Shown: piece by piece, positions 1 through 13,320 of the stretch
How positions within the stretch are numbered: the first letter of the stretch is position 1
Layout of the letters: every line of letters begins with the position of its first letter
From: Mobula hypostoma
Lineage: Eukaryota
Direction: 5' to 3'
NCBI RefSeq assembly: GCF_963921235.1
Contig: NC_086097.1
Location: 109,618,001 to 109,682,000, forward strand
Length of the DNA stretch: 64,000 nt
Position numbers and translations under genes: made by a program
The notes under the pieces: generated by a model
Seen by the model: only the letters and a program-made list of their open reading frames with translations
What the model was told of the DNA's origin: nothing
Databases searched by the model: none

Positions 1-264
1 CCTCCAGATGTTCTTCGGAGATACTTTTTGCTTTCTTTTTGATCATAATCCTCAAATCCTCCATGTTCTCTTTTGCTAGTCTTCGTGCCCTCAGCCATTC
101 AGCTGGGTATGCTGCCTCCTTCCTGACCAACATTTCTATGATGAAGTCCTGTTACTGAGGATCAAATATCATTACCCTCTCTCCTACAGAGCTAGTACAT
201 CTGCTTAAGACATATTAGCAACTTTCTCAAGTTATTTTCAAATAAACATTTAGTGTATTTTTAT

Positions 265-493
265 CAAAATTGCTGGTGAACGCAGCAGGCCGCAGCATCT
301 CTAGGAAGAGGTACAGTCGACGTTTCGGGCTGAGCCCCTTCGTCAGGACTTGATTGTAGACTTCAATCTCTTCATCTTGGCCTGGAACGTCGACTGCGCC
401 TCTTCCTAGAGATGCTGCCTGGCCTGCTGCGTTCACCAGCAACTTTGATGTGTGTTGCTTGAACTTCCAGCATCTGCAGAATTCCTCGTGTTT
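265..493. mobile_element. Penelope-like element (PLE) fold-back insertion 1: two inverted 3'-terminal arms
   Basis: 265-350 is the reverse complement of the PLE terminus and ~378-493 is the forward terminus ending GCAGAATTCCTCGTGTTT. Flanked by the direct repeat GTGTATTTTTAT at 253-264 and 494-505. Confidence 0.9.
314..350 (-). ncRNA. Minimal type I hammerhead ribozyme motif in PLE terminus
   Basis: Minus strand reads AGTC-CTGACGA-A-GGGGCTCAGCCC-GAAA-CG-TC-GACT: core boxes CUGAnGA and GAAA, stem I AGUC/GACU, GC stem II, GUC cleavage triplet. Confidence 0.75.
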
Positions 494-729
494 GTGTATT
501 TTTATGTCGACTTTGGATATTGCTACAGTTTTGATAATTTTTATATAAGTTAGCTATAGAAGGATGCAGGAGCTTTAAACAAGGTTGTTTATTCAAACTC
601 AGACAGCAAGGACCTCCCAGTAATTGGAGCTGACATAATGTCGTCACTGTATCTTTTATTATTACATTTCATATTCGCAGAAGAATTGTCCTGTGAGATA
701 ATCACGTTCATGGGAATATGCCAGAGTCA

Positions 730-2330
730 CCGGCATTTATTGTACAATTTGTTATTTTGCAGCAGCCGTACGCTGCAAACATAGTAATTAAAAAACTATA
801 AATTAAGTACATACAAAAAAGTTAAATTAAGTAAGTAGTACAAAAAAGAGGAAGAAATAGTGAAGTATTGTTCATGGATTCATTGTCCATTCAGAAATTG
901 GATGGTGGAGGGAAGAAGCTGTTCCTGAAAGTTTGAGTGCATGTCTTTAGGACCCTTTGCCTCCTACTGGATGGTAGCAACGAGAGAAGGGCATGTCCTG
1001 GGTTATGGGGGTCCATAATGATGGATGCCACCTTCGAGGCATTGCCCTTTGGAGGTGTCCTCGATGCTGAGGAGGCAAGTGCCCATGATGGAGCTGAGTT
1101 TACATCTTTATGCAGTCTCCTCATGACATATAGACACATCATGCTTTCTTTGTAATTACATCAATGTGTTGAGCCCAGGATAGATCTTCAGAGAAGTTGC
1201 CACCAGGAGCTTGAAACTGATCAGTATTCCACTCCTGATCCCTTAACAAGGACTGATGTGTGTTCCCTTGACTTCCCCTTCCTGAAGTCTACAATCAATT
1301 CTGGTCTTACTGATGTTCAGTGTAAGGTTGTTGTTGTGACACCACTCAACCTGCTGATTTATCTCACTCATGTATGCTTCACCACCACTAGCTAAATTTC
1401 TGCCAATAATAATTGTGTCATCAGAAAATTTATAGATGGCATTTGAGCTGTGCCTTGCCACACGGCTGTTGGTGTAGAAAAAGAACAGCAGTGGGCTAAG
1501 CATGCATCCACTCACTCAAAGCAATCCTGCAAGTGCTCCTTTTCCTCCCTCGACTTTGCAAAGTGTGGGTGTGGGATGGCACAGTAAATGTACTCGATGT
1601 TGGGCTAACAGTGGTCAGGTGTTCCATGGGTGATATGTTGTGGTAGTTATGTAGCGAATTCTTCAGGTTGATCTGGTTGAAATCTCCCACAGTGCATCAG
1701 CATACACTGTTTTGTGCCTGCTTATTATGGTGCTCAGATCCTCCACTGCCTGCCTGATGCTAGTTCGGGGTGGAATGTACACCGCTATCAAGATGATGGT
1801 GGAAAACTCCCTCGATAGATGAAACGGATGACATTTGACTGCTGGATGTTCCAGGTCAGGTGAGCAAGACCGAGATAGAATTGTCATGTCTGTGCAGCAC
1901 GAAGAGTTAATCATAAAGTATACTCCACCTCTTCCGCCTTTAAAAACTGAGCTGTCCTGTCTTTGTTGAGAATAGTGAAGTCATCAAGCTGCAGCGCAGT
2001 GTCCAAAAAGGCAGAGGATAGCCATGTTTCCTTGAAGCAAAGTACATAGCATTCCTTGATATCTCTACCTTGCTCTGTGGTCTTCAGTTTTACCTTCTAG
2101 AGACTGTACACTTGCCAAAAGGATTGGCAGGAATGGGGTCTAAATCTTCTGTGTTTCAATAGTACCAATAGACAAGCATGCCTTCTCTGCTTCCATTTTT
2201 TTAAAGAGGAACTGCACTTGCCAGCTGAGTCTGCAGTACAGGATCCGCTGATTTTGAGTATTGATATATTTTTTATAAGTCTTAAAACATTGTACCCATG
2301 ACTATGACTGTGGATTTCAGCTGTAGTGGT
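730..2330 (-). mobile_element. Rex1/Babar-type LINE, decayed (endonuclease, RT and C-terminal fragments)
   Basis: Minus-strand peptides SREFSTIILIAVYIPP, GDFNQINLK, KFSDDTIIIG and DPHNPGHALLSLLPS..RNSFFP, with many stops and frameshifts. Confidence 0.8.
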
Positions 2331-2739
2331 CCTAAATGGGAATATTTGATGATTCCCATCAGAGCCGCACACAAAGAGACATCTCTTATTAGTGTTACCT
2401 TGAAATCTTCACTCCTGCAAACATATTCAACCTCTTTTCCTAGTGTTCGTTGGCCAATTTTTGCCAGAGGAGTCAGATGTTACCAGAGTTGCAATCAGAG
2501 GAGACTTGCCCAAACTTTAATCAGATTCAGGCTCCTACCTTCATTCCTTTTTAAATTCCATTTGTGGTCAAACTGTTGATGCTTCCTTCTTTTGTACAGA
2601 ATGTGTAAGTTTCACCACGTAGGTCTGTTTCATCCTGCTGGCATTTTCAAATGGTTAATTTCTGTCTCTTCCTTTTTCAATCAGTCAGCACATCTTGCGT
2701 GCTACAGTTCACAAGGAAACATTGGACTGCATAGAGGGA

Positions 2740-3790
2740 GAGAGCTTAAAAGAAGTGAGCGGGGCAGTTGGCACACATTATACACCTCAATTCTCAAGGA
2801 TTGGATTGTGCATAATGAGCTACTTGGCAAGGACCAATAAAAAATTGTCAGGTTTAAGTGGAGTGGTCATTGTGTGAGTGGGCCAGTGTTAGAGTGGGGA
2901 ATTGAGGCTTTAGTGAGGAGAGGTGTAGGCCGTAGGTTGATATTTTTCATTTTTTATTCATTCTTTCTTTCTTATTGCATATATAGAACAGTTGGAATGC
3001 CAGGCTGGATAGTGGAATGTTCCTAGAATGTTCCTGGATAGTGGTAGGTCTTACACCATGAGCAGTAGGGTACTGAGGAGTGCAGTAGAACAGAAGGATT
3101 TGGTAATACAGATACATAACTCATGGAAAGTGGTATCACGGGTAGATAGGATGATAAGGAAAGCTTTTGGTGCATCAGTCTTCAGAAATCAATGAACTGA
3201 GTACCAGAGATGGGATGCTATGTTGATGTTTCAAGACTTTGCTGAGACCTAATTTGGAGTATTGTGTGCAGTTTTGGTCACTTACCTACAAGAAATATGT
3301 AAATAGGATCAAAAGAGTACAGAGAAAGTTTATGAGGATGTTGCCAGGTGTTGAGGACCTGAGATATATGGAAAGGTTACATAGGGTAGGAATTCAGTCC
3401 ATAAAACGTTGAAGATTCAGGGATGTTTTGATACAGGTATACAAAATTATGATGGATATACTGTAGATAAGGTAAATGAAAGCAGACATTTTCCACTGAG
3501 TTTGGGTGAGACTACAACTGGAGGTCATGGGTTAAGGGTGAAAGGTGAAATGTTTTAGGGAAACATGAGGGGGAATTTAATCACTCACAGGATGGTGAGA
3601 GTGTGGATCTGGCTCCCAGTTCAAGAGGTGGATACGAGGTTGATTTCAATATTGAAGAGTAATTTGGATAGGTACATGGATGGGAGGGGTATGGAGGGCT
3701 GGTGTACAGAGTGCTAGGGTCTGGGTGCAGGTCGATGGGACTAGGCAGATTTATGGTTCGGCTGAAGGGCCTGTTTCTCTGCTGTGCTTC
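2740..3790 (+). mobile_element. CR1 LINE fragments (5' piece plus ORF2 3' end)
   Basis: Similar to other CR1 copies in the window (ttggagtattgtgtgcagttttggtc; gaggtcatgggttaagggtgaaaggtgaaa; 3' end gaagggcctgtttc). Confidence 0.75.
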
Positions 3791-4819
3791 TCTAGCACTC
3801 ACCATCTCAGAGGATCGATTGGCAATATATATTTATCACAAATCCATGAACCACTACATTATCTTGACTCTATCTTCCAGTCGGCCGTGGTCCTTATTCT
3901 TTCAGTATCTTTGTTCCACCACAGCTGTTCAGATGAAGATAGTTTCCACCCAAAACTTTCCATTTTTCCTCAAACATGGTTTCCTTTCTATACTGATTAT
4001 TAAAGTTCTGAAATGTGTTTACTTTGCACTTCTACTCACTTCTTTATTTCTATATCTGTCTCTCATCCTGATCATTTTGTCTTTGGGTTCCAACAAAACC
4101 CAACTCTCCTTGAGCAACAAGATCTCATCTTCTAACTTAGTATGCTTCAGCCTTCTAGATTTAACATTGAACATAATACAGTACTGTGCAAAAGTCTTAG
4201 GCACATATACTGTATGTAGCTAGAATGCCACGTGCTAGTGAGGCCAGAATTAAGAAGATCATACAGTTTAACACTCCTGTGGGAGTCTATGAAAATACTG
4301 TATGTAGCTACAGCCACCAATTACCTTGTGATTTTAGTCTCCAAGGCCGATGTGGGGGCATCCTTCAAGAGGATACGCTTATGGTCTAACAGGTTGTTCG
4401 GTTAAGGCCAAAGTGCAGAGAGAAAGAGAGCGGAGGACACTGAACCAGATCAACAATTCACTGACTTTAATGAAAACTGTGCAGAAAATAACATAATAAT
4501 GCTAGGCCAACAGGGCTGTTAACTAGAACTGTCAGGCTAATGCTGATACAGCAGCTCAGATGTAATAGCTTAATGCTAAATGAATATTGCACCTGAACAG
4601 CATTAGGCTAAACAGTAGTCATCTTTCCTGGAAGCAGAATGATGGTAAGTATAGCATGTAGATGTTGCTCTGTTTTTGGTCAAGTCTCAACAAGACTGGA
4701 AAGTGAGGAAGAGAGTTAAATACCACGACAATGAAACACTAACTGCCTGGAATGTGAATACTCACGAGTGTGATTGCTGAACCTGTTTGGCAGCTCACCC
4801 ACGAGGGCGCACAGAGTGC

Positions 4820-6100
4820 GTGATTGTGCCACTGGCCCAGATGGGGTACTTGGCCGAGTAGTAAAGATCTGTGCTGATCAACTCGCTGGAGTGTTCACCG
4901 ATATCCTTAACCTCTTACTTTGGCAGTCTGAGGTACCCACCTGCTTCAAGCAGGCTTCAGTTATACTGGTGGCAAAGAAGGATGTGACAACTTGCGTCAA
5001 TCCACTGATCCACTGAGATGAGTGCTTTGAGAGGTTGGTGATGAAACATATCAATTCCTGTCCAAGAAGCCCCTTGGATCCACTCCAATTTGTCCACAGG
5101 CACAACAGGGCCAGAGAAGATGCCATCTCATTGGCTCTTCATTCAACCCTGGAACATCTGGACAGCAAAGATGTTGTCCAGCAAACATCAGGATGTTCTT
5201 TATCGATTACAGCTCAGCATTAAATACCATCTTTCCCACAAAACTAATCAGTAAGCTTCAGGACTTGGCCTCAATACCTCCTTGTGCAATTAGATTCTCG
5301 ATTTCCTCACTTGCAGAACCCAGACAGTTCGGATTGGCAACAACATCTCCTCCACAATTTCCATCAGCACAGATGCACCACAAAGCTGTGTGCTGAGCTG
5401 CCTGCTCTGTACTTACGACTGTGATGCTAAGCACAGCTTCAATACCATCTTTAAGTTTGCTGTCAACACCATTGTTGTTGGGTCGAATCAAAGTTGGTGA
5501 CAAATCAGCATACAGGAGGAAGACTGAAAACCTGGCTGAGTGACGCACAGCAACAACCTCTCACTCAATGTCAGCAAGACAAAGGAGCTGACTATTGAGT
5601 TCAGGAGGAGGAAACCGAAGGTCCATGAGCCTGTCCTCATCAGCGGATAAGAGATAGAGAGGGTTGGCAAATTCCTTAGTGTTATCATTTCAGAGGATCC
5701 ATCCTTGGCCCAGGATGTAAGTGCAATTACGAAGAAAGCATGGCAGTATCTCTATTTCCTTAAAGTTTTTGAAGATTCAACATGACATCCAAAACACAAC
5801 TTCACTTACCCAATACTGAACAATTCCCACAACCAATGGACTCACCTTCAAGGATTCATCATCTCATGTTGTCAATATTTATTGCTTATTTATTCATTTT
5901 TTTCTTTCTTTTTGTATTTGCACAGGTTGTTGTATTTTGCACATTGATTGCTTGTTTGCTCTGTTGGATGTGGTCGTTTCATTGATTCTATTGTATTTCT
6001 TGGATTTACTGTGTATACTCGCAAGAAAACAAACCTCATGGTTGTCCATGGTGACATAATGCATTTTGATAATAAGTTTACTTTGAACTTTGTACTTTGA
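4820..6100 (+). mobile_element. Rex1/Babar-type LINE, RT region to 3' tail
   Basis: GPDGVLGRVVKICADQLAGVFTDILN, LDPLQFVHRHNR..DAISLALH, FFIDYSSALNTI; (ctttgaa)n tail near 6080-6100. Confidence 0.85.
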
Positions 6101-7190
6101 AACATTACTTCCATTACTCACCATAGATACTGCCAGATCAGTTTCTATTTCAGATTTTCAGCGCTAGCAGCTTTATTTTGGTTTAAGATTACAGAACTAG
6201 CTAATACTTTTAGCAACTCTCACTCATTGTCGGCTCCAATTTGCCACAATGATCCTTCACAGGAAAAATCAAGAACTGATCCTTCTTCCTTTGCAAAAAC
6301 TGTTCCATTTACCACTTCCAATTCCTCTCCAAAGCCTTTGAACATACTGCAGCCTCAAAATTTCCCTGGAAAACCATCCGAATTTCTCTAGTTGAGGTTT
6401 CATCCCATTCAAAAACAATTCAAAGGCATAAATGAAATCCATTGAGACCGTCGCACATGTTTGACAACACTACAATGTCTATTGACTGCAGGGTGTGTGG
6501 GACTGCACTCATCTTATTCCATTCCAAACGATCAAGTTGCTAGAGAATTACCTCTGGTTGTCCTCAAGGGCTCAATCCCTGCCCTGAGATTCCTCATCCA
6601 CAGGCCAATGTTTGTTGATATAATCACAGAGTAGAATGTCAGTTTCTTCACATATGGTATGTAGACAACACCCGTAGCAATTTCCCTTTTGACTCCCTAA
6701 CAGTTTTAATTAGTCGATCTGCCTGTCTAATATCAGCAAGCAGAAACTTACTTCAAGACTAACATCAGCATTATTTAAAATTCTGCTCTGCAGTTGGCAA
6801 CCACATCCATTTTCCAGGCAATTATCTGAAAAGACCTCTACTCTTCACAGTCCTGAACTTTAAAAGTTCAGAACAATTTATCAGTGCCATTTCTGCTCTG
6901 CCCTTTTCTTCTTCCACAGCATCAGCACCTGCAGAAGTTCACCTCTTGTTTTAACTTTCGTTGTTGCTCTACCTTTTGCTACCTTAGGACTTGACCATTG
7001 TAATGTGCTCCTAGTTATCCTCCCTGGCTCTATTGTTTCTCAGCCTGAAGTAACCAAAACATGCTGACCACCATCCTTCCCTACTCACATTCTTTTCATC
7101 CATTGCTACTCCATTTGCTGAGTACTTTTGCTTCCTTATTAAGCTATATGCTTTAATGGAATTAAAGAGAAAAAACAGAAGAAAAGGAAA

Positions 7191-8022
7191 ACAACAGGAA
7201 TTCTGCAGATGCTGGAAATTCAAGCAACACACATCAAAGTTGCTGGTGAATGCAGCAGGCCAAGCAGCATCTCTAGGAAGAGGTACAGTCAACGTTTCAG
7301 GCCGAGACCCTTCGTCAAGACTAACTGAAGGAAGAGTGAGTAAGGGATTTGAAAGCTGGAGGGGGAGGGGGAGATGCAAAATGATAGGAGAAGACAGGAG
7401 AGGGAGGGATAGAGCCGAGAGCTGGACAGGTGATAGGCAAAAGGGGATACGAGAGGATCATGGGACAGGAGGTCCGGGAAGAAAGACGGGGGGGGGGGTG
7501 ACCCAGAGGATGGGCAAGAGCCCCAAACAGTCCTTCCAGGTGAGGCATCACTTCACCTGTTGGAGGAACAGCGCCTTGTATTCCGTCTGGGTAGCCTCCA
7601 ACCTGATGGCATGAACATTGACTTCTCTAACTTCCGCTAGGCCCCACCTCTCCCTCGTACCCCATCTGTACTCATTTTTATGCACACATTCTTTCTCTCA
7701 CTCTCCTTTTTCTCCCTCTGTCTCTCTGAATATACCTCTTGCCCATCCTCTGGGTCACCCCCCCCTCCCCGTCTTTCTTCCCGGACCTCCTGTCCCATGA
7801 TCCTCTCGTATCCCCTTCTGCCTATCACCGGTCCAACTCTCGGCTCCATCCCTCCCCCTCCTGTCTTCTCCTATCATTTTGCATCTCCCCCTCCCCCTCC
7901 AGCTTTCAAATCCCTTACTCACTCTTCCTTCAGTTAGTCCTGACGAAGGGTCTCGGCCTGAAACGTCGACTGTACCTCTTCCTAGAGATGCTGCTTGGCC
8001 TGCTGCGTTCACCAGCAATTTT
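7191..8022. mobile_element. PLE fold-back insertion 2
   Basis: Left arm 7191-7520 is an inverted copy of part of the right arm (~7735-8022). The centre holds GIY-YIG-region fragments. TSD GAAGAAAAGGAAA at 7178-7190 and 8023-8035. Confidence 0.92.
7936..7972 (+). ncRNA. Minimal type I hammerhead ribozyme motif
   Basis: AGTC-CTGACGA-A-GGGTCTCGGCCT-GAAA-CG-TC-GACTG. The inverted copy at 7286-7322 has a mutated core (TTGACGA). Confidence 0.78.
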
Positions 8023-9274
8023 GAAGAAAAGGAAATGTTTTTACTCTGTACTAGAGAACATAGTGATATGGTACAGGAAGTAATCATCCTTGATTAATAT
8101 AAATGTACACACTCATCAGCACAGATAACATAATGGTTAATATGCTGGTCTTGCCAGAGTTCAATTGCTCTAGAGACATAAATCTCCTGATGGCTGCTGG
8201 AGAAGTTAAATTCAAGTACGTAAATAAGGCACTCAGATAAATAATCACAACATGACTGGATTTTCATTAAAAAAAAATTAGGGTAGAAATCTGCCATCCT
8301 TAGCCTGTCTGACCTGTAGATAACTCCAGATCCACAGGTATGACTGACATTTAACTGCATTTTGAATAAATAGGCAGTGTACGAGCTTGTATGTCAATCA
8401 GTTTTCACTGTGAGAACATATTTCACGAGTATAGATGTCAGAAAATTACAGCTCATATTTTTATCTACAGTTTAAGTATCTTGGCCTCACAGGGAAGGGA
8501 GTTCATGGCCTTTCTCCTGTGAGTGAGCAGGAGATGTGCTGCTTTCAGAAGTTCCATTGCATAACTCTTAAAGAAATGGGACAATCTCAGAAAGCGACTC
8601 TGCATGTACATGATGGGTACATCTCAGATGGGAAGTGGGAATGTTTACCAACGTGCTTCAGAGGAACATTTCCAGATACTTTCATGGTCTTTATAATTCC
8701 TTACAGCACCCAGAAACCTTTCCTTCCAATCCTGACCAACTACACAACCCTGATTTTAATAGTTTCACCTAATGCTGCTGAATCCTTACCTCATGGAATT
8801 CTCGCTCTGACTCTCTTCCTTTCTCATCCTTCAGGGTACTTAATGCATCTGTTTTGACTAAACTTTCACTTATCTATCTCAAGATATTTTTTTAGAAACT
8901 GGCTGACAAAACATTTTCACTCTATAAGCAATTGTTTTGCAATGTCACTGTATTCACTATATTACAAATGTCAAGCTCAGAGGTTTTTATATTTGCTGGG
9001 TGGAATGCAGATCTTGGTTTTGAAACTGAAAAATTCACTGAGTTGCTAAAAGTACCCATGTGACCAGTTGAACTCCCACAACAGAGCTCTGAGATATTGG
9101 GAGAAAAAGGGCAGAATGCAGCTATAGACAGGGATTCTAGTTACTCCAAATTTATGATCTACTTCTAAAACACATTGTTAGCCAATGCATGCAGTAATAG
9201 TGCATTGCATTACAAATCGGTAGTGCTTCATAAATGAAGCATTGCTATGTAGTTTTTATTTTATTTTACTTTCT

Positions 9275-9560
9275 TTTGAGATACAGCATGGAGTAGGCCC
9301 TTCTGGCTCAACAAGCCATGCTGACCAGCTATCCATCCATTTAATACCAGCCTAACCACAGGACAATTTACATTGACCAATTAACCTACGAACCAGTACG
9401 TCTTTGGACTGCGGGATGAAACTGGTCACCTGTTGGAAACCCATGCAGTCATGGGAAGAATGTACAAACTCTTTACAGATGGTGCTGGAGTTAAATTCCA
9501 AACTCCGGAACGCCCTGAGCTGCAATAGCATCGCTCTAACAGCTATGCTACTGTGGCACC
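9275..9560 (-). mobile_element. V-domain (HE1-like) SINE
   Basis: Minus strand has the V-SINE core GAGTTTGTACATTCTTCCC...CAGTCCAAAGACGTAC and a CR1-like 3' end GAAGGGCCT. Related copies at ~39830-40110 and ~40190-40322. Confidence 0.7.
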
Positions 9561-10136
9561 TCCTTCATGCAGTGAAAAAGCTTTTCTTTTCTATTCAAAA
9601 TGGATCTTTTTAGCTACGTTTCCACAGGGCTGCTATATGAACACTTGCTTGCATTGTGTTTATCTTGTCGTGCATGTGTTTTATTTCAATCAGTTGTCTT
9701 TATTGGTTCCAACTCCAGTCAAAAGTTGAACAAGTAAGTCTGTGATTACTGCTCCTGGTTGTTATTCATTCTGCATGTTGAAGGAAGACCAGACTTGGTC
9801 TGAAGCGTTCTTTCCAAGGATCAAATAATTTGCCAATAACTGTCTCAAGACAGGAAAAGATCATTTTAGCAATACCGTACACGAGTACAATGAGGACTTC
9901 CCTACTTTCTGGTTTTCTCCATTCCTGATACTTCAAATACAATGCTATAGGAAACTTACATTTTATCTCAAGAGAGTATCTGTTTTATGTTAGTCTTGCT
10001 ATGAAAGGCAAATTTGACTTGCAATAAAGGAGGCTGGTATGAAGAACTGTGTTTTACAAATGTGATTAAAATTATGTAACAACAGCACTAACAATGAAAC
10101 ACCCTCAATGGTAATTCTAAGGTTTACTGTCATTAC

Positions 10137-10180
10137 CTTCTTCCTGTGGGCTCGGAGGCCTGTCTTCATATACAAGAGAT
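10137..10180 (-). CDS. ITPRID1: Candidate internal coding exon (44 nt), SLVYEDRPPSPQEE, following the ITPRID1-like exon
   Basis: Strong acceptor (poly-T then acag) and donor AAG|gtaatg. The phase 2 start fits the phase 2 end of exon 14368-14416. It lies in non-repeat sequence. Confidence 0.5.
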
Positions 10181-10639
10181 CTGTAAAAAAAAAGCACATT
10201 TTATACTTACAAAATGCTCCCACACCTAACCAGGAAACCCAAAACCACAACCACACACAATACATTTTGCAGGCAGCCACTGAGTTATGGATATTCGGGG
10301 TACAGAAGTTCACCCCTTATAGAATCACCACTCAAAAGATCCACAAGATTGATTTTCATGGAATTTATGTGAGAAGAGGTAAAAAAGCAAGTGAGGAAAC
10401 ATAAATAAATTTTATTTTTGACTCCAGTTTCTTGCCGTAACACAGATGACATGGCTTCACATTATAAAAAGCCATGACATAGGCCATTTTCTAGGAATGC
10501 AAACTCCCACATAAAGTAGGGGACATTTGGAAAAATTAAGAAATCATATCATAAGCTTAAAATCAGAATCAGGTACATTATCACTGACATATGCCATGAA
10601 ATTTGCTGTTTGTGACAGCAATAGAGTGCAGCACTTGGA

Positions 10640-11615
10640 TTGCTCCAGTATGCCTACAGTCACAACAGGTCAACAGCACATGCCATTTCATTCCTCTTGA
10701 CTCAGCTCTGGAAATCTGGAAAGTGAAGATGCATTTATCAGGATGCTCTTCATAGATTACAGCTCCGCATTCAACGCTATCATCTCCTAGAAACTATTCA
10801 CTAAGCTCCAAGACCTAGGCCTCGATATCTCCTTATGCAACTGGATCCTTGACTTCCTCATTTGCAGACCCCAGTCAGTATGGATTGACGACAGCCTTTC
10901 CTCCATAATCATCATCAGTGCATGTACACTACAAAGCTGTGTGCTTATCATCCTGCTCTACTTGCTTAATACCAATAAATGTGAGGCAGTGCCCCTACTT
11001 TGCGTAGATTAGGCATGTCATCTACAGATTACAGGGGAGAGTGTCCTGACCGATTGTATAATAGCCTGGTATGGAAACACCAACGCCTAAGAACAAAAAA
11101 ATCCTACAAATGTGGTGGATACAGTCCAGTCCATCGCAGGCGAAGCCCTCCACATCATTGAGCATATTAACAAGGTGTGACTGCCACAGGAAAGCTGTGT
11201 CCGTAATCATGGACCTAACCCACTCCCACCCATCATCCAGAACAAGCTCTCTTCTCGCTGCTGCCATCGGGAAGGAGGTACAGGAGCCTCAGGACTCACA
11301 CCACAGTTCTTACTCCTCAGCCATCACACTCCTAAACCAGCATCAATATCCAAACTGATTCCATGACCGATGGACTCACTTCCAAGCATCCTGCAACTCA
11401 TGGCCACAGTATTATTTATTTATTATTAATTTATATTTGCACAGCTTATACTCTTTTGCACATTGGCTGTTTGTCAGTGTTTGTATGTAGTTTTTCATTG
11501 ATTATATTGTATTTCTTTGTTCTGCTGTGAAAGCCCACAAGAAAATGAATCTCATATATGGTGACATGTACGTGTTTTTGATAATAAATTTAGTTTGAAC
11601 TTGAACCTTGAAAGT
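10640..11615 (+). mobile_element. Rex1/Babar-type LINE fragment
   Basis: RT nucleotide motif aggatgctcttcatagattacagctccgcattcaac, the C-terminal region, and a tttgaac tail shared with other copies. Confidence 0.8.
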
Positions 11616-11651
11616 TACTATAAGTTACAAATAAATAAAAAAGGAAATAAA

Positions 11652-12537
11652 AAGTTCAAAGTACATTTATTATCAACGTGTCTATACTATATACAACCTT
11701 GAGATTCATCTCCTTACAGGGCTCAACAAAACAAAGAAAACCAGTTTAATCCATTGAAAAAAAGAAAGACCCAAAGACCCAAAGTGCAGAAAGAAGAACA
11801 AATCATACCAATAATAAAAAGCAAGCAAATAACATTCAGAACTGATGTTCATGAAAGTGAGTTCACAGCCACAAGGACAATTATGGCCGATCCAAGAGCC
11901 CAATAGTCGCAGGCCACAGCCTCAGTTCAGTGCAGAGATGAGTAAACCTTGCTGAGCAGCGAGCTGAACACCAACCCGTCCCTCGCCTCCAGCCCCAACA
12001 ACGTGACCTTTTCAATAAGGTCCAGTGCTTAAACTGTCTAAACCTCCGATAATTCCTCACTCTTAGTTGTGGGCCCTGCTGCCTTGATATGCTTTTGGTG
12101 CTGGCCCTGTTGTCTTGATTCAGCCTGTACCTAACCTTTCCAGTCGGGCCTGGTGCTTTAATTGGCCAAACAGTGGGTCGTTCCTCACTCTCAAAACCAG
12201 GCCCCGCCATCTCGACTCTACTTTGTCTCGGTTTGACTGCTTCGAATTGCCTCCAAGTCCGCTCCAGCAATGGCCAAGCATTGGCTCATTCCCCACTCTT
12301 GGCCCAGGTCTCACCACCTTGATTTGGCCCATACCCACCACGCTGCACCTTCGAGGGTTCAGTTCACTCTACAAAAATGCCAGGTGATACAGACTGTTCA
12401 AAAGCTCGACTCCAAAAAGGAAGTTACAGGCTATTGATTGCAGTGATCATGTTTGAGAAAAAGTGTGATCAATAAAGTAGTTAATGGTTGTGTTTGCTGC
12501 CAGCAAGTCAGCACTGAGCTTCATCAGCTCCGTCTTA
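11652..12537 (-). mobile_element. Non-autonomous element with Rex1-type 3' tail
   Basis: The minus-strand 3' end matches Rex1 tails (gatgaatctcaaggttgtata...tgataataaatgtactttgaact). The body is non-coding and GC-richer than the flanks. Confidence 0.55.
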
Positions 12538-12544
12538 AACCAAA

Positions 12545-13320
12545 AGAGGAATAGTGAGGGAGTGAGGTATTCTTGGGTTCACGAACAATTCAGAAATATG
12601 ATGGTGAAGAGAAAGTTGTTCTTCTTAAAACACTGAGTCTGGACCTTCCCCTCCCCTACCTCCTCCCCGATGGCAATAATGAGAAGAGGACATGCCCTGG
12701 ATGGTTAGAATCCCTGATGGTGGATGCAGAACATCTTGGAGCACCACCTTTTGAAGCTATCCTTGACAGTGGGGAGAGTTCTGCCCGTAATAGCAGAGTC
12801 TACGACCCCCTCCATCCCCTCGCACATTGCTGCATCCACACCCTCGCCGTGATGCAACTGGTCAGAATGCTCTCCATGATACATCTGTAGAAATTTGCTA
12901 GTCTTTGCTGACATACCAACTATCCTCAGACTGGCATGCCTTCTTCATGACTGCGTTAATGTTCCGGGCCTAGGGTTGATCCTTTGAGATGTTGACAACT
13001 AGGGACTCGAAACAGCTCACTTTTTCCACCGCTGACTCCTCAAGGAGGACGGGTGTGTGTTTTCCCACCTTCTCCTTCCTGAAGTCCACAATCAATTCCC
13101 TCATCTTGCTGACTGAGTGCAAGGTTGTTGTCGTGACACCACTCAACCAGCTGATATATCTAACCCCTGTTGCCTTCTGAGATTTTGTGTGCAGCAGTGC
13201 TGACACTGGCAAATTTATAGAAGGAGTTGTGCCTAGCCATACATCCATGAGTATAGAGATGGTAGCACTAGGCATTCCTGAAGTGCACCTGCATTGATGG
13301 AAGAGATGCTATTACTGATG
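12545..13320 (-). mobile_element. Rex1/Babar-type LINE fragment
   Basis: Peptides RELIVDFRK...SAVEKVSCF and TGRTLPTVKD on the minus strand. Confidence 0.78.

Noticed and set aside
1..148. Minus-strand open frame DFIIEMLVRKEAAYPAEWLRARRLAKENMEDLRIMIKKK
   Set aside because: Protein-like, but the acceptor is weak, it is cut by the window edge, and it shows no clear match to the ITPRID1 sequence expected next.
8791..8849. Possible minus-strand exon (D)ALSTLKDEKGRESEREFHE with gtaagg donor
   Set aside because: Phase-compatible with the 10137 exon, but it has a poor pyrimidine tract and no recognisable similarity.
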